DNA of 34,720 nt, taken from assembly GCA_023135855.1 (NCBI GenBank), contig JAGLSH010000002.1, positions 1 to 34,720 of the forward strand, in the 5' to 3' direction. Under the pieces are notes generated by a model, which worked only from the letters and a program-made list of their open reading frames with translations, was not told where the DNA came from and did no database searches. The stretch is from Candidatus Omnitrophota bacterium (lineage in GTDB: Bacteria > Omnitrophota > Gorgyraeia > Duberdicusellales > 4484-171). A program made the position numbers and the translations under genes. Positions 9,464 through 17,562 of the stretch are shown piece after piece (within the stretch, counting starts at the first letter, position 1; every line of letters starts with the position of its first letter).

Positions 9464-9476
9464 CTTATAACTATAT
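9442..9476 (+). repeat. five tandem heptamers ACTTAAA/ACTAAAG/ACTTATA/ACTTATA/ACTATAT (reverse complement of the upstream unit)
   Basis: Read directly from the sequence. The array covers the last codons and the stop of the four-helix-bundle ORF and ends 1 nt before the alr ATG. Confidence 0.8.
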
Positions 9477-9477
9477 T

Positions 9478-10599
9478 ATGACTAGACCATTGTGGATAGA
9501 AGTTGATTTAAGAGCTTTGAGAAATAATCTAGGAGCTGTTAAAAAATACCTTGGTCCAAAAGTAAAAATAGTTGCTACCATAAAGCAATCTGCTTATGGT
9601 CATGGCTTACTTCCAATAGCTCGCGAATTAGGCCGGCAGGGAGTTGATTGTTTTGGATTAGGCAGTGTTGAAGAAGCGATTGCTTTAAGAGAAGATGGCT
9701 TTGAGGGATCACTTCTTGTTTTAAGTGCAGTTTTAGATGAATTTGTTAGTCATTTTATTCATTATAATATAATCCCGACTGTCGTTGATTTAGGTTTTGC
9801 TCGTAAATTGGATAAAGCTGCCAAAGTAGCAAAAAAGATTGTACCAATTCATGTAAAGATTGATACTGGCATGGGTAGGTTAGGTATTTATTATAACAAA
9901 GCCCATGATTTTATAAAAAAGTTAAGTAATTTTAAAAATTTATCTCTAGAAGGAATTTATACTCATTTTTCGGTTGCTGATAGTGATAAAAAATTTACTA
10001 ATCAGCAGATTAGTGTTTTTAATAATTTTATTAAACAATTAGCAAAGGAGAAAATAACTTTTAAGTTTTGTCATTGTGCCAATAGTATCGGGATAATAAA
10101 ATATCCTAATGCTCATTTTAATATGGTTAGGCCTGGTCTTATCCTTTACGGAATTGAAGCAGCTAAAGGCCTTAATCTGAATTTAAAGCCAGTTCTTTCC
10201 TTAAAATCAAAGATTATTTTTATTAAAAAGATTACTAAAGGAAGGAGCGTAAGTTATGGCCGTAATTATATTGCTAAGGGTACGCGAAATATTGCTACTG
10301 TAGCCGTAGGTTATGCTGATGGTTATCCTTGGGCCTTGTCTAATAAGAGTAGAGTAATCATTAAGGATGATTTTTTTAATCTTGCTGGCCGAATTTGCAT
10401 GGATCACATTATGATTGATTTAGGTAGAAGAGCAGATATTAAGGTTGGTGATGAAGTTATCTTAATCGGTAGAAGCAAAAGGAAAAAACTAAGCATCAAA
10501 GAACTTGCCAAGATTGCTAATACTATTTCTTATGAGATTGTTAGCTGCTTATCTTTAAAAATACCCCGGATATATAGAAATTTCTTAAAAGTTAAATAA
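9478..10599 (+). CDS. alr: alanine racemase
   Basis: PLP-lysine motif IKQSAYGHG. THFSVAD, VRPGLILYG, SYG and GYADGYP are also present. Length is 373 aa. Confidence 0.92.
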   Translation: MTRPLWIEVDLRALRNNLGAVKKYLGPKVKIVATIKQSAYGHGLLPIARELGRQGVDCFGLGSVEEAIALREDGFEGSLLVLSAVLDEFVSHFIHYNIIPTVVDLGFARKLDKAAKVAKKIVPIHVKIDTGMGRLGIYYNKAHDFIKKLSNFKNLSLEGIYTHFSVADSDKKFTNQQISVFNNFIKQLAKEKITFKFCHCANSIGIIKYPNAHFNMVRPGLILYGIEAAKGLNLNLKPVLSLKSKIIFIKKITKGRSVSYGRNYIAKGTRNIATVAVGYADGYPWALSNKSRVIIKDDFFNLAGRICMDHIMIDLGRRADIKVGDEVILIGRSKRKKLSIKELAKIANTISYEIVSCLSLKIPRIYRNFLKVK

Positions 10600-11688
10600 T
10601 TATCTGATTAGGAGAAGGCCGGTTATTCCCACAGTTAGGAAAAATACCGGAGCTAAACTTACGCTTAAGAAGGGTAGGATAACTCCTGATTTACCTAAGG
10701 CAATACTAAAAGAAGAGAGAACATAATAAATAAAACTAAATATGAAGCCTATTCCTAAGGAGGAGAGGGCTACTTTTCTTTTTTTAATTTCTAAGGCTAA
10801 GGGCAAAATGCCAATAATAATAAAAAGATGCGAGAAGGGGTCGGCTATTTTTTGATAATAATCGATAGTTAAATTTGCTAGGAGCTTATTAGCTTTTACT
10901 TTTTTTAGCCGTGATATTTCTTTTTTTAAATGACTTAAGGATGAGAATTGAGAGAAGATACTTCTTTTTAGGAGTAATTCTCGAGGTTTTTCTTTGAGAC
11001 TGATTTTTTTAGTTGGGAAAGAAGTAGGAATATTGGATATATTTCCATTAAGATCAAGGTCATACTCGATAATATCTTTAGCAATCCAGAAGCCGTATTC
11101 ATAAGCGATTTCTTTACAAACTATTTTTTTCTTAAGTTTTCTATCTTTTCCTTCTTCAAAAATTATAACATTTCGCAGAAGACCTTTTTTAGGAAAAAAT
11201 TTCTGAACAAAAAATATTCTATCTCCAGAAGTAAATGCAAGATTGCGTTCTTCAGTAGTATTGGACATAGTTTTCTTTATAAATTGTGTTTTTATGTCAT
11301 CAACTTTTTTTTGTGATTTCATAAGAGTTTTTTCTTGTATGAAAAATGTTGATACCGAGAGAAATGTAGCAAAGAATATGATTGGAAATGCAATACGGAT
11401 GATGCTTGTACCTGAGACCCTAATACTTATAATTTCGTTATTTTTATTTAATTCTCCAAAAGTGTAGAGTGTACTTATAAGCAAAGCGAGAGGGCTTACT
11501 CTCAAGAATATTAATGGCAGAGAGGCAATGTAATATTGAACCAAAATTAGCAAAGGAGTTTTTGCTTCTAAGACATCAGAAAGATTTGTGAATATGTCAG
11601 CAATAAAATAGAGGCCGACAAACACCAAAAGGATAAATAAATATCCAAAGCTTACATGTTTAATTATGTATTTATCTAGAATACGCAT
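10600..11688 (-). CDS. lptG: LPS export ABC transporter permease LptG (YjgP/YjgQ family)
   Basis: Six-TM YjgP/YjgQ architecture with a central periplasmic beta-jellyroll region. Paired with, and overlapping, an upstream paralogue. Confidence 0.82.
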   Translation of the reverse strand: MRILDKYIIKHVSFGYLFILLVFVGLYFIADIFTNLSDVLEAKTPLLILVQYYIASLPLIFLRVSPLALLISTLYTFGELNKNNEIISIRVSGTSIIRIAFPIIFFATFLSVSTFFIQEKTLMKSQKKVDDIKTQFIKKTMSNTTEERNLAFTSGDRIFFVQKFFPKKGLLRNVIIFEEGKDRKLKKKIVCKEIAYEYGFWIAKDIIEYDLDLNGNISNIPTSFPTKKISLKEKPRELLLKRSIFSQFSSLSHLKKEISRLKKVKANKLLANLTIDYYQKIADPFSHLFIIIGILPLALEIKKRKVALSSLGIGFIFSFIYYVLSSFSIALGKSGVILPFLSVSLAPVFFLTVGITGLLLIR

Positions 11689-12748
11689 GTTTAAAGATAA
11701 GATATCCCCCTATTGAGATAACGATTATATTTGGTAACCACATACCTAGAGCAGGAGGAAGATAACGATATTCAAGTAGAGCTTCTCCTAAAATAAATAA
11801 TAAGTAGTAGAAACCAGCGGTTAAAAAAGCAATACCAAAATTTATTGATTTTTCACGATGCTTTACTGCCAAAGATATGCCAAAGCCAAGAATAATAAAA
11901 GCAAGGCATGAGAAAGAAAAGCTTATTCGTTTATGGAATTCACCTTTTAATTCCGGAGCGTCGATTAAAGCAATCTTTTCTCGAAGCTCTGCAAGTCTCA
12001 TATCTGATGATTTTTTATTTACTTTTACTTTTTCACGCTTTTGAATAGGTATGTCCATAAAAAAGACTTTAAAATTAAGACGGTAAAGTTCCATTTTCTT
12101 TTTAGAAATAGTTTCATCCCTAAAGCCTTCTTCTAGCTTTATTTTTAATATATCGCCTTCAACGATGAACTCACCTTTCTTAGCAAATGTTACCTTAGTA
12201 GTTCTTTGTTTATTATCAGTTTCATAGATAAAGACATTTTTTAATTTATTACCGTTTTTATCAGCAACATAGAGAATGTAATTTTCAAAGTGCTCTAGAA
12301 ATACTCCGGGTTCAATGAGAGCCGATACATTTTTAAAGTAAATATTCTTTATTTGGCTTCGATAGCGATAATGAAAATCAGGGATTACTCGGTCATTAAG
12401 AATGAAGAGAAAAAGCGAAAAGATACAGCCTAAGATTAAGAAAATATTTAAGATTTTAAAAAGAGAGATTCCAGCTACTCTCATGGCGATAATTTCATTA
12501 TCAGCAATTAATCTACCCATAACTAATAAAACGCCCATTAGAAAAGCTAGGGGGATAGTAAAGCCCAGAAGATAGGGGATAAAGAAAGAGAGTATTCTCA
12601 GAGCGTCACCAACACTGATACCTTTTCGCACAATCATATCAGATACTTTCATTAAGTTACCCATGAGCATTACCATACTTAGAATAAGAAATGAAAATAT
12701 AAAAACCGATATAAAGTCTTTGATAATGTAATTTCTTAAAATTTTCAT
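11672..12748 (-). CDS. lptF: LPS export ABC transporter permease LptF (YjgP/YjgQ family)
   Basis: Same architecture as lptG, including the typical N-terminal ILxxYIxKxF segment. Overlaps lptG by 17 nt. Confidence 0.82.
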   Translation of the reverse strand: MKILRNYIIKDFISVFIFSFLILSMVMLMGNLMKVSDMIVRKGISVGDALRILSFFIPYLLGFTIPLAFLMGVLLVMGRLIADNEIIAMRVAGISLFKILNIFLILGCIFSLFLFILNDRVIPDFHYRYRSQIKNIYFKNVSALIEPGVFLEHFENYILYVADKNGNKLKNVFIYETDNKQRTTKVTFAKKGEFIVEGDILKIKLEEGFRDETISKKKMELYRLNFKVFFMDIPIQKREKVKVNKKSSDMRLAELREKIALIDAPELKGEFHKRISFSFSCLAFIILGFGISLAVKHREKSINFGIAFLTAGFYYLLFILGEALLEYRYLPPALGMWLPNIIVISIGGYLIFKHAYSR

Positions 12749-12770
12749 TTTTTTACTATGATAGTTTTTG

Positions 12771-13475
12771 TTAGGTTTTTGATAAAGTTATTACTGTAAC
12801 ATTTCCTGCGCATTTTTCTTTTAAAGCTTTGGCACAGGCGCTAACTGTTGACCCAGTAGTAAATATGTCATCTACCAATATAATGCTTTTATTTTCCAAG
12901 TTTTCTTTTACTACAAATATCCCTTCAGTGTTCTTTTCTCTCTTTTCTCTTGGCAGTTTAGTTTGTGAAGGCCGGATATTTGTATTTTCTATTATATCAT
13001 CCTTAAAAGGGATTTTAAAATGATTTGATAACAATTTTGAAAGAAGCCCAGATTGGTTATAACCCCTTATTTTTAACTTATCTTTATGCAGGGGAACAGA
13101 GGTAATAAGCTTATATTTATTGGGATTAAAACCGATTTCTGATAAATGTTTTATTATCAGAGAGGAGAGAAAACCAGCAAGATAGTCATAATTTTTATAT
13201 TTAAAAAGATGTATTAGGCTTAGCATGGGCTCTTTATAGGCTGTAGCGCTAATAAGCCTTTGGTAGGGGTAAGTTTTATTATAACATTCTTGGCAAAGGG
13301 ATATTGAGTCAATATTCAAAGGTCTCAGACAATAGCTACAGCGTGGTTGAGCAAGAAAGGTTATTTTTTTCTCGCACTTTTGACAGAGATGCCCCTCAGA
13401 TATTTTCTTTTCGCAACAAAGGCAGAGACGAGGAAAGAGAAGATTTTTTATTACTTTTAGATAGTTAGCGAACAT
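12771..13475 (-). CDS. comF: ComF-family protein (phosphoribosyltransferase domain with N-terminal Cys4 zinc ribbons)
   Basis: CLCC...CQKC and CSYC...CQEC Cys pairs. PRT motif ILVDDIFTTGST near the C-terminus. Confidence 0.85.
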   Translation of the reverse strand: MFANYLKVIKNLLFPRLCLCCEKKISEGHLCQKCEKKITFLAQPRCSYCLRPLNIDSISLCQECYNKTYPYQRLISATAYKEPMLSLIHLFKYKNYDYLAGFLSSLIIKHLSEIGFNPNKYKLITSVPLHKDKLKIRGYNQSGLLSKLLSNHFKIPFKDDIIENTNIRPSQTKLPREKREKNTEGIFVVKENLENKSIILVDDIFTTGSTVSACAKALKEKCAGNVTVITLSKT

Positions 13476-13482
13476 AGAAGGT

Positions 13483-13511
13483 ATTGTAGGGCTTATTTTT
13501 ATCTTTGTAAA
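13483..13511 (-). promoter_or_regulatory. sigma70-type promoter for comF-lptF-lptG (TTTACA-17-TACAAT on the minus strand)
   Basis: -35 is the reverse complement of 13506-13511 and -10 is the reverse complement of 13483-13488. The spacer is 17 nt. The -10 ends 7 nt before the comF ATG (13475), and there is no SD between them. Confidence 0.55.
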
Positions 13512-13570
13512 CCCTTATTACTTAGGTGCTAAATATTTCCAAGAAATAAAATTTTTTGTAAAACCCTATC

Positions 13571-13598
13571 TTGACACTCTTTGAAGAAAGGTTAAAAT
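13571..13598 (+). promoter_or_regulatory. sigma70-type promoter for the histidine kinase gene (TTGACA-16-TAAAAT)
   Basis: Consensus -35 at 13571-13576 and -10 at 13593-13598. It lies about 50 nt upstream of the ATG at 13647. Confidence 0.6.
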
Positions 13599-13646
13599 AT
13601 GCTTAGGTAAGTATTTAAAAAATAAAATTTAGAATAGGCAAAAATA

Positions 13647-16346
13647 ATGATAATTTTTACTTTTATTGTTAGTGTGTTGTATTGGTTTCTTTGGGCTGGA
13701 GTGGAGGCCTTTGTCTTTGAAGAAATCAGCTTTATCAAAGCTATTTTTAGCTTTACAGATCATACCTTTTGGACACGCCTGCCAACAGTAGTATCTTTAA
13801 TGGCTATTGGTGTTTATTCTACGATTGCTAACACCAAACGAAAAGAGATTGAAGACGAACTAAACAAGAACTATGACTTAATTCCTTCTTTTCTAGACAA
13901 AATAGGGTCATTAGTTATAGCTTTTAATTGTACAGGGAAGATTGTTAGATTTAATAGCACTTGTGAAAAAGTAACTGGTTATACTTTTGCTGAAGTTAGA
14001 GGCAAGTATTTTTGGCGAATGTTTTTAAAGGAAAAGAATGCTAAAACTGCCCAGGGTGATTTATTGGATTTAATGGTTGGTCAATTTCCTAAAGGCTATG
14101 AGGACCATTGGATTTGCAAAGATGGTACTAATAGATTGATAAAGTGGTCTAATACCGTTGTTTTTGATAAAAAAGGCCTTGCTAAATATGTTATTAGTGT
14201 TGGCGTGGATATCACTGCTCATCAGAAGGCTGAGGAGGTATTAAAAAAGACTGAAGAAGGATATAAAAGCATAATTGATAATATTAATATTGGAGTATCT
14301 TTAGTGTCTCCAAATCGAGAAATTCTTTACATGAATAGGCAGATGAAAAGTTGGTTTTCAAGCCCAGATTTTGTTGAGAGCTCAATTTGTCACGATATCG
14401 TTAGTAACTCTTCTAAAGAATCTTGTTTGTCTTGCCCGACTTGCAAAGCTTTAAGTGAAAAGAAGGTTCAAGAAGATATTATAAAAATACCTTATAAAGA
14501 TGTTTTGGCAGCTTATAAAGTAGTTTCATTTCCAGTAGAGAATAATGAAGGTAAAATTATAGCCGTGATAGAGACTTTTGAAGATTTCAGTAGAGTTGAT
14601 AAGCAAGAACAAGAGATTCGTCATAGCTATCTTGCTCAGGCAGCAATAAACTCTCTTTTACGTTTCTCTCTTGAAAGCATTTCTTTAGAAGGGTTTCTAA
14701 AGTGTGCTCTTAATATTATTCTTTCTTCGCCATTGTTTTCTTCTTTAGGTATGGGGGCAATATTACTTGTAGACTCAGAACCCCAGGTATTATCGATGAA
14801 AGTTCATACTAGGTTCTCTGAAGATTTACAAAAAAAGTATCGAAGAGTTCCTTTTGGTATGGATGTTTGTGGCCGGGCAGCATCTTTAGGAGATTTCCAA
14901 TTTGATAATGGCCTTAAAGAAGACTTAATTGATAAACAAAAAGGCATAAGAACTTGGGCGCAGTATTGTAGTCCTATTATATATGCTGGGAATATAGTTG
15001 GAGTAATAGTTGTATGCATGGAAAAAGGATCCAAGCAAGGAAAAAAAGAAGAAGATTTTTTAAATACAATAGCAGCTACTTTAGCTGGAGTTATTCAGAG
15101 AAAATGGGATGAACAACGCCTAAGCCAGGTAAATCAATGTTTATTACACTTGGGTGCTAATCCTGCAGACAATATTCAACGCTTAGTTGTTCTTTGTGGG
15201 AATATTTTAGGGGCAAAATCAGCTTTTTATCATCGAATTAGCATTAAAGATAATTCATATCGTTCTATCGGGCAATATAATCCGCCTTCAAATTATATGG
15301 CTATGGAAAAATATTCTGGTAGCCTTTGTGAAGAAGTTGTAGGAGAAAAGAAAACTGGTTCTTTAATTGTTTATGATTTGCCACATTCTTCTTATATTAA
15401 CAAAGATCCATTTTGCTCTCTTTATCAATTTCGCACCTTTATTGGTAAAGCAATTCAATGTCGAAGTAAAAATATAGGTGTTTTATGTGGAGTTTATAAA
15501 GATGAACCTGTTCTTGGCAGCGAAGATAGAAAATTTTTAGGCATTATTGCTTCTGTTATCGGAGTAGAAGAAGAACGTATAAAGGCTAATGAGGAGTTAA
15601 GTCATGCTTTAACAAAGTTAAAGGAAGTCCAATATGGCTTGATTCAGTCTGAGAAGCTTGCGGCTTTAGGGAGATTTTCTTCAGGGATTGCTCATGAAGT
15701 AAAGAATCCTTTAGGAATTATTCTTGGAGGTACTGAATATTTGGAGCGAAAATTACAGACTAAAAATGAAGACATTAAAATTGCTTTGAAGAAGATAAAA
15801 GAATCTACTTTACGAGCTGATACTATTGTTTGTGATTTAGTAAAGTTTGCTATGCCATCGGAAATTAAAACTGAGAAAATAACTCCTCAAGAGTTAATTA
15901 ATGAGACGTTCTCTTTGCTTAAATACAGAAGTTCTTTAGTGAACGTCGAGATGGCTGCTGAGTTCGCCAAAGAAATTATTTACATTGATATAGACAAGAA
16001 TCAGATGCAGCAAGTTTTTTTTAATGTATTTGTAAATGCTATTGATGCTATGCCTAAGGGGGGCGATATAAAGGTAAAAACTTATAAGGCTTCTGGAGAG
16101 GAATTTTCGATAAGCGGAAGAGTTTGTGTGATTGAAGTGGTTGATACCGGAGAGGGTATAGCTAAAGAGAACCTCACTAGACTTTTCGAACCATTTTTTA
16201 CTACTAAAAGAGATAAGAAAGGCACTGGCTTGGGGTTGGCAATGTCTAAGACAATTGTTGAAAACAATCATGGTGTTTTGTTTATTGATAGTGAGCTTAA
16301 TAAAGGGGCTACAGTTAAAATCGTTTTACCTATTTTAAAGGTGTAA
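13647..16346 (+). CDS. membrane-anchored sensor histidine kinase (2 TM, PAS, PAS, GAF, GAF, HisKA, HATPase_c)
   Basis: Two N-terminal hydrophobic helices. H-box SSGIAHEVKNPL, N-box FFNVFVNAIDAM, G1 VVDTGEGI and G2 GTGLGLAMS. PAS-like and GAF-like segments lie upstream. A Cys cluster is present at aa 248-266. Confidence 0.9.
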   Translation: MIIFTFIVSVLYWFLWAGVEAFVFEEISFIKAIFSFTDHTFWTRLPTVVSLMAIGVYSTIANTKRKEIEDELNKNYDLIPSFLDKIGSLVIAFNCTGKIVRFNSTCEKVTGYTFAEVRGKYFWRMFLKEKNAKTAQGDLLDLMVGQFPKGYEDHWICKDGTNRLIKWSNTVVFDKKGLAKYVISVGVDITAHQKAEEVLKKTEEGYKSIIDNINIGVSLVSPNREILYMNRQMKSWFSSPDFVESSICHDIVSNSSKESCLSCPTCKALSEKKVQEDIIKIPYKDVLAAYKVVSFPVENNEGKIIAVIETFEDFSRVDKQEQEIRHSYLAQAAINSLLRFSLESISLEGFLKCALNIILSSPLFSSLGMGAILLVDSEPQVLSMKVHTRFSEDLQKKYRRVPFGMDVCGRAASLGDFQFDNGLKEDLIDKQKGIRTWAQYCSPIIYAGNIVGVIVVCMEKGSKQGKKEEDFLNTIAATLAGVIQRKWDEQRLSQVNQCLLHLGANPADNIQRLVVLCGNILGAKSAFYHRISIKDNSYRSIGQYNPPSNYMAMEKYSGSLCEEVVGEKKTGSLIVYDLPHSSYINKDPFCSLYQFRTFIGKAIQCRSKNIGVLCGVYKDEPVLGSEDRKFLGIIASVIGVEEERIKANEELSHALTKLKEVQYGLIQSEKLAALGRFSSGIAHEVKNPLGIILGGTEYLERKLQTKNEDIKIALKKIKESTLRADTIVCDLVKFAMPSEIKTEKITPQELINETFSLLKYRSSLVNVEMAAEFAKEIIYIDIDKNQMQQVFFNVFVNAIDAMPKGGDIKVKTYKASGEEFSISGRVCVIEVVDTGEGIAKENLTRLFEPFFTTKRDKKGTGLGLAMSKTIVENNHGVLFIDSELNKGATVKIVLPILKV

Positions 16347-16356
16347 AACCCCTTTC

Positions 16357-16384
16357 TTGACATACTTACAACCGGTGGTATTAT
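16357..16384 (+). promoter_or_regulatory. sigma70-type promoter for the response-regulator gene (TTGACA-16-TATTAT with TGn extended -10)
   Basis: -35 at 16357-16362 and -10 at 16379-16384, preceded by TGG. GGAAGGAG SD lies ahead of the ATG at 16404. Confidence 0.6.
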
Positions 16385-16403
16385 CAAAAGGGGAAGGAGT
16401 GAT

Positions 16404-16790
16404 ATGGATAAAATAAAGGTATTAATTATTGACGATGAAGAGGATTTGACCTTTTTCATAAAGGCTAATTTAGAATTAGTTGGAAATTATGAGGTCATTA
16501 CAGCTACTACTGGTAAAGATGGTTTAGCTATTGCTGCTTCAACTGATATAAATATTATTCTCCTAGATATTATGATGCCTAAAATGGATGGTTTTGAGGT
16601 TTTAGACAAGATTAAAAAAACTAAAGGGATTTTATCCATACCGGTAATAATGCTTACGGCTAAAGGTGATATTGAGTCAAAAATAAAAGCTGCTGGTTTG
16701 TATAATGAAGATTATATTGTTAAGCCAGTCCAAATAGAAATATTAAAATTAAAGATAGAGGAAGCATTAAAGAGAAGAGGAATAGGGTAG
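16404..16790 (+). CDS. single-domain (REC-only, CheY-like) response regulator
   Basis: DDE acidic pocket (IIDDEED), phospho-acceptor context LLDIMMPKMDG, conserved T (MLTA) and K (KP). No output domain (128 aa). Confidence 0.9.
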   Translation: MDKIKVLIIDDEEDLTFFIKANLELVGNYEVITATTGKDGLAIAASTDINIILLDIMMPKMDGFEVLDKIKKTKGILSIPVIMLTAKGDIESKIKAAGLYNEDYIVKPVQIEILKLKIEEALKRRGIG

Positions 16791-16808
16791 AGGAGGACAG
16801 AAGTTGTT

Positions 16809-17168
16809 ATGGATGAGAAAAGAGGATTTATGAGATTTCATGTTGCTTTTCCTTTGAAGTTTATTCAAAGTAAAATTCCGGTAGCTGTTAAAGGGATAGT
16901 CAAAGATATAAGCATGAATGGTCTAAAGGTTATCTTAGATAGAACCTTACAGTTTTTATCAGAAGATTTAAGCAATTTCCATCTTACCTTAGCTGATGAT
17001 AATGTATTAGAATTTTCAGGTCGAGTAATATGGCAGAAAGATTATCCAGATAGAAGAGAAATAGGAATCCGATTCCTACGTATCCCTGATGCTCATAAAG
17101 AAGATATTTACAATTATATTTTTAAATATCACCGTCAAGAGTTGACCCAGAAATGGTGGCAGATGTAA
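16809..17168 (+). CDS. PilZ domain protein (predicted c-di-GMP receptor)
   Basis: Canonical RxxxR (RGFMR) near the N-terminus and DxSxxG (DISMNG) about 30 aa later. Length is 119 aa. Confidence 0.85.
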   Translation: MDEKRGFMRFHVAFPLKFIQSKIPVAVKGIVKDISMNGLKVILDRTLQFLSEDLSNFHLTLADDNVLEFSGRVIWQKDYPDRREIGIRFLRIPDAHKEDIYNYIFKYHRQELTQKWWQM

Positions 17169-17184
17169 CTCTCCTCTAAAATTA

Positions 17185-17562
17185 ATGCGTTATCTTTTTT
17201 CTTGGTATACTACTTATATTTATTCTTTTTTTATTGTTGTCGTTGCTTTGTTGCCTGTTAGGTTCCCGCCACAATTATTATTTTCCTTTCAAGATAAAAT
17301 AATTCATGGTTTAATTTATTTTTTATTAGCTTTTCTAATTGTAAATACTTTTTCGCGTAAAAAGATAGGTAATTCTAGAAAATATAGCTTTGTGTATGTT
17401 TTTTGTTTGGGATTAGTTCTTGAAATGGTACACTATTTTTTGCCCTATAGGAGCTTTGAGTTTGGTGATATATTGGCAAATTCTATCGGAGGTTTCTTAG
17501 GAGTTTTGTTAGTAATTAAGAAGCCGTTGAGAGTTAATTTTAATTACAGGATAAAGAGATAA
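17185..17562 (+). CDS. VanZ-like integral membrane protein
   Basis: Four predicted TM helices. DKIIHGLIYFLLAFL and GDILANSIGGFLG match the VanZ-family DKxxH...Y and D..aN..G..lG patterns. Confidence 0.7.
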   Translation: MRYLFSWYTTYIYSFFIVVVALLPVRFPPQLLFSFQDKIIHGLIYFLLAFLIVNTFSRKKIGNSRKYSFVYVFCLGLVLEMVHYFLPYRSFEFGDILANSIGGFLGVLLVIKKPLRVNFNYRIKR

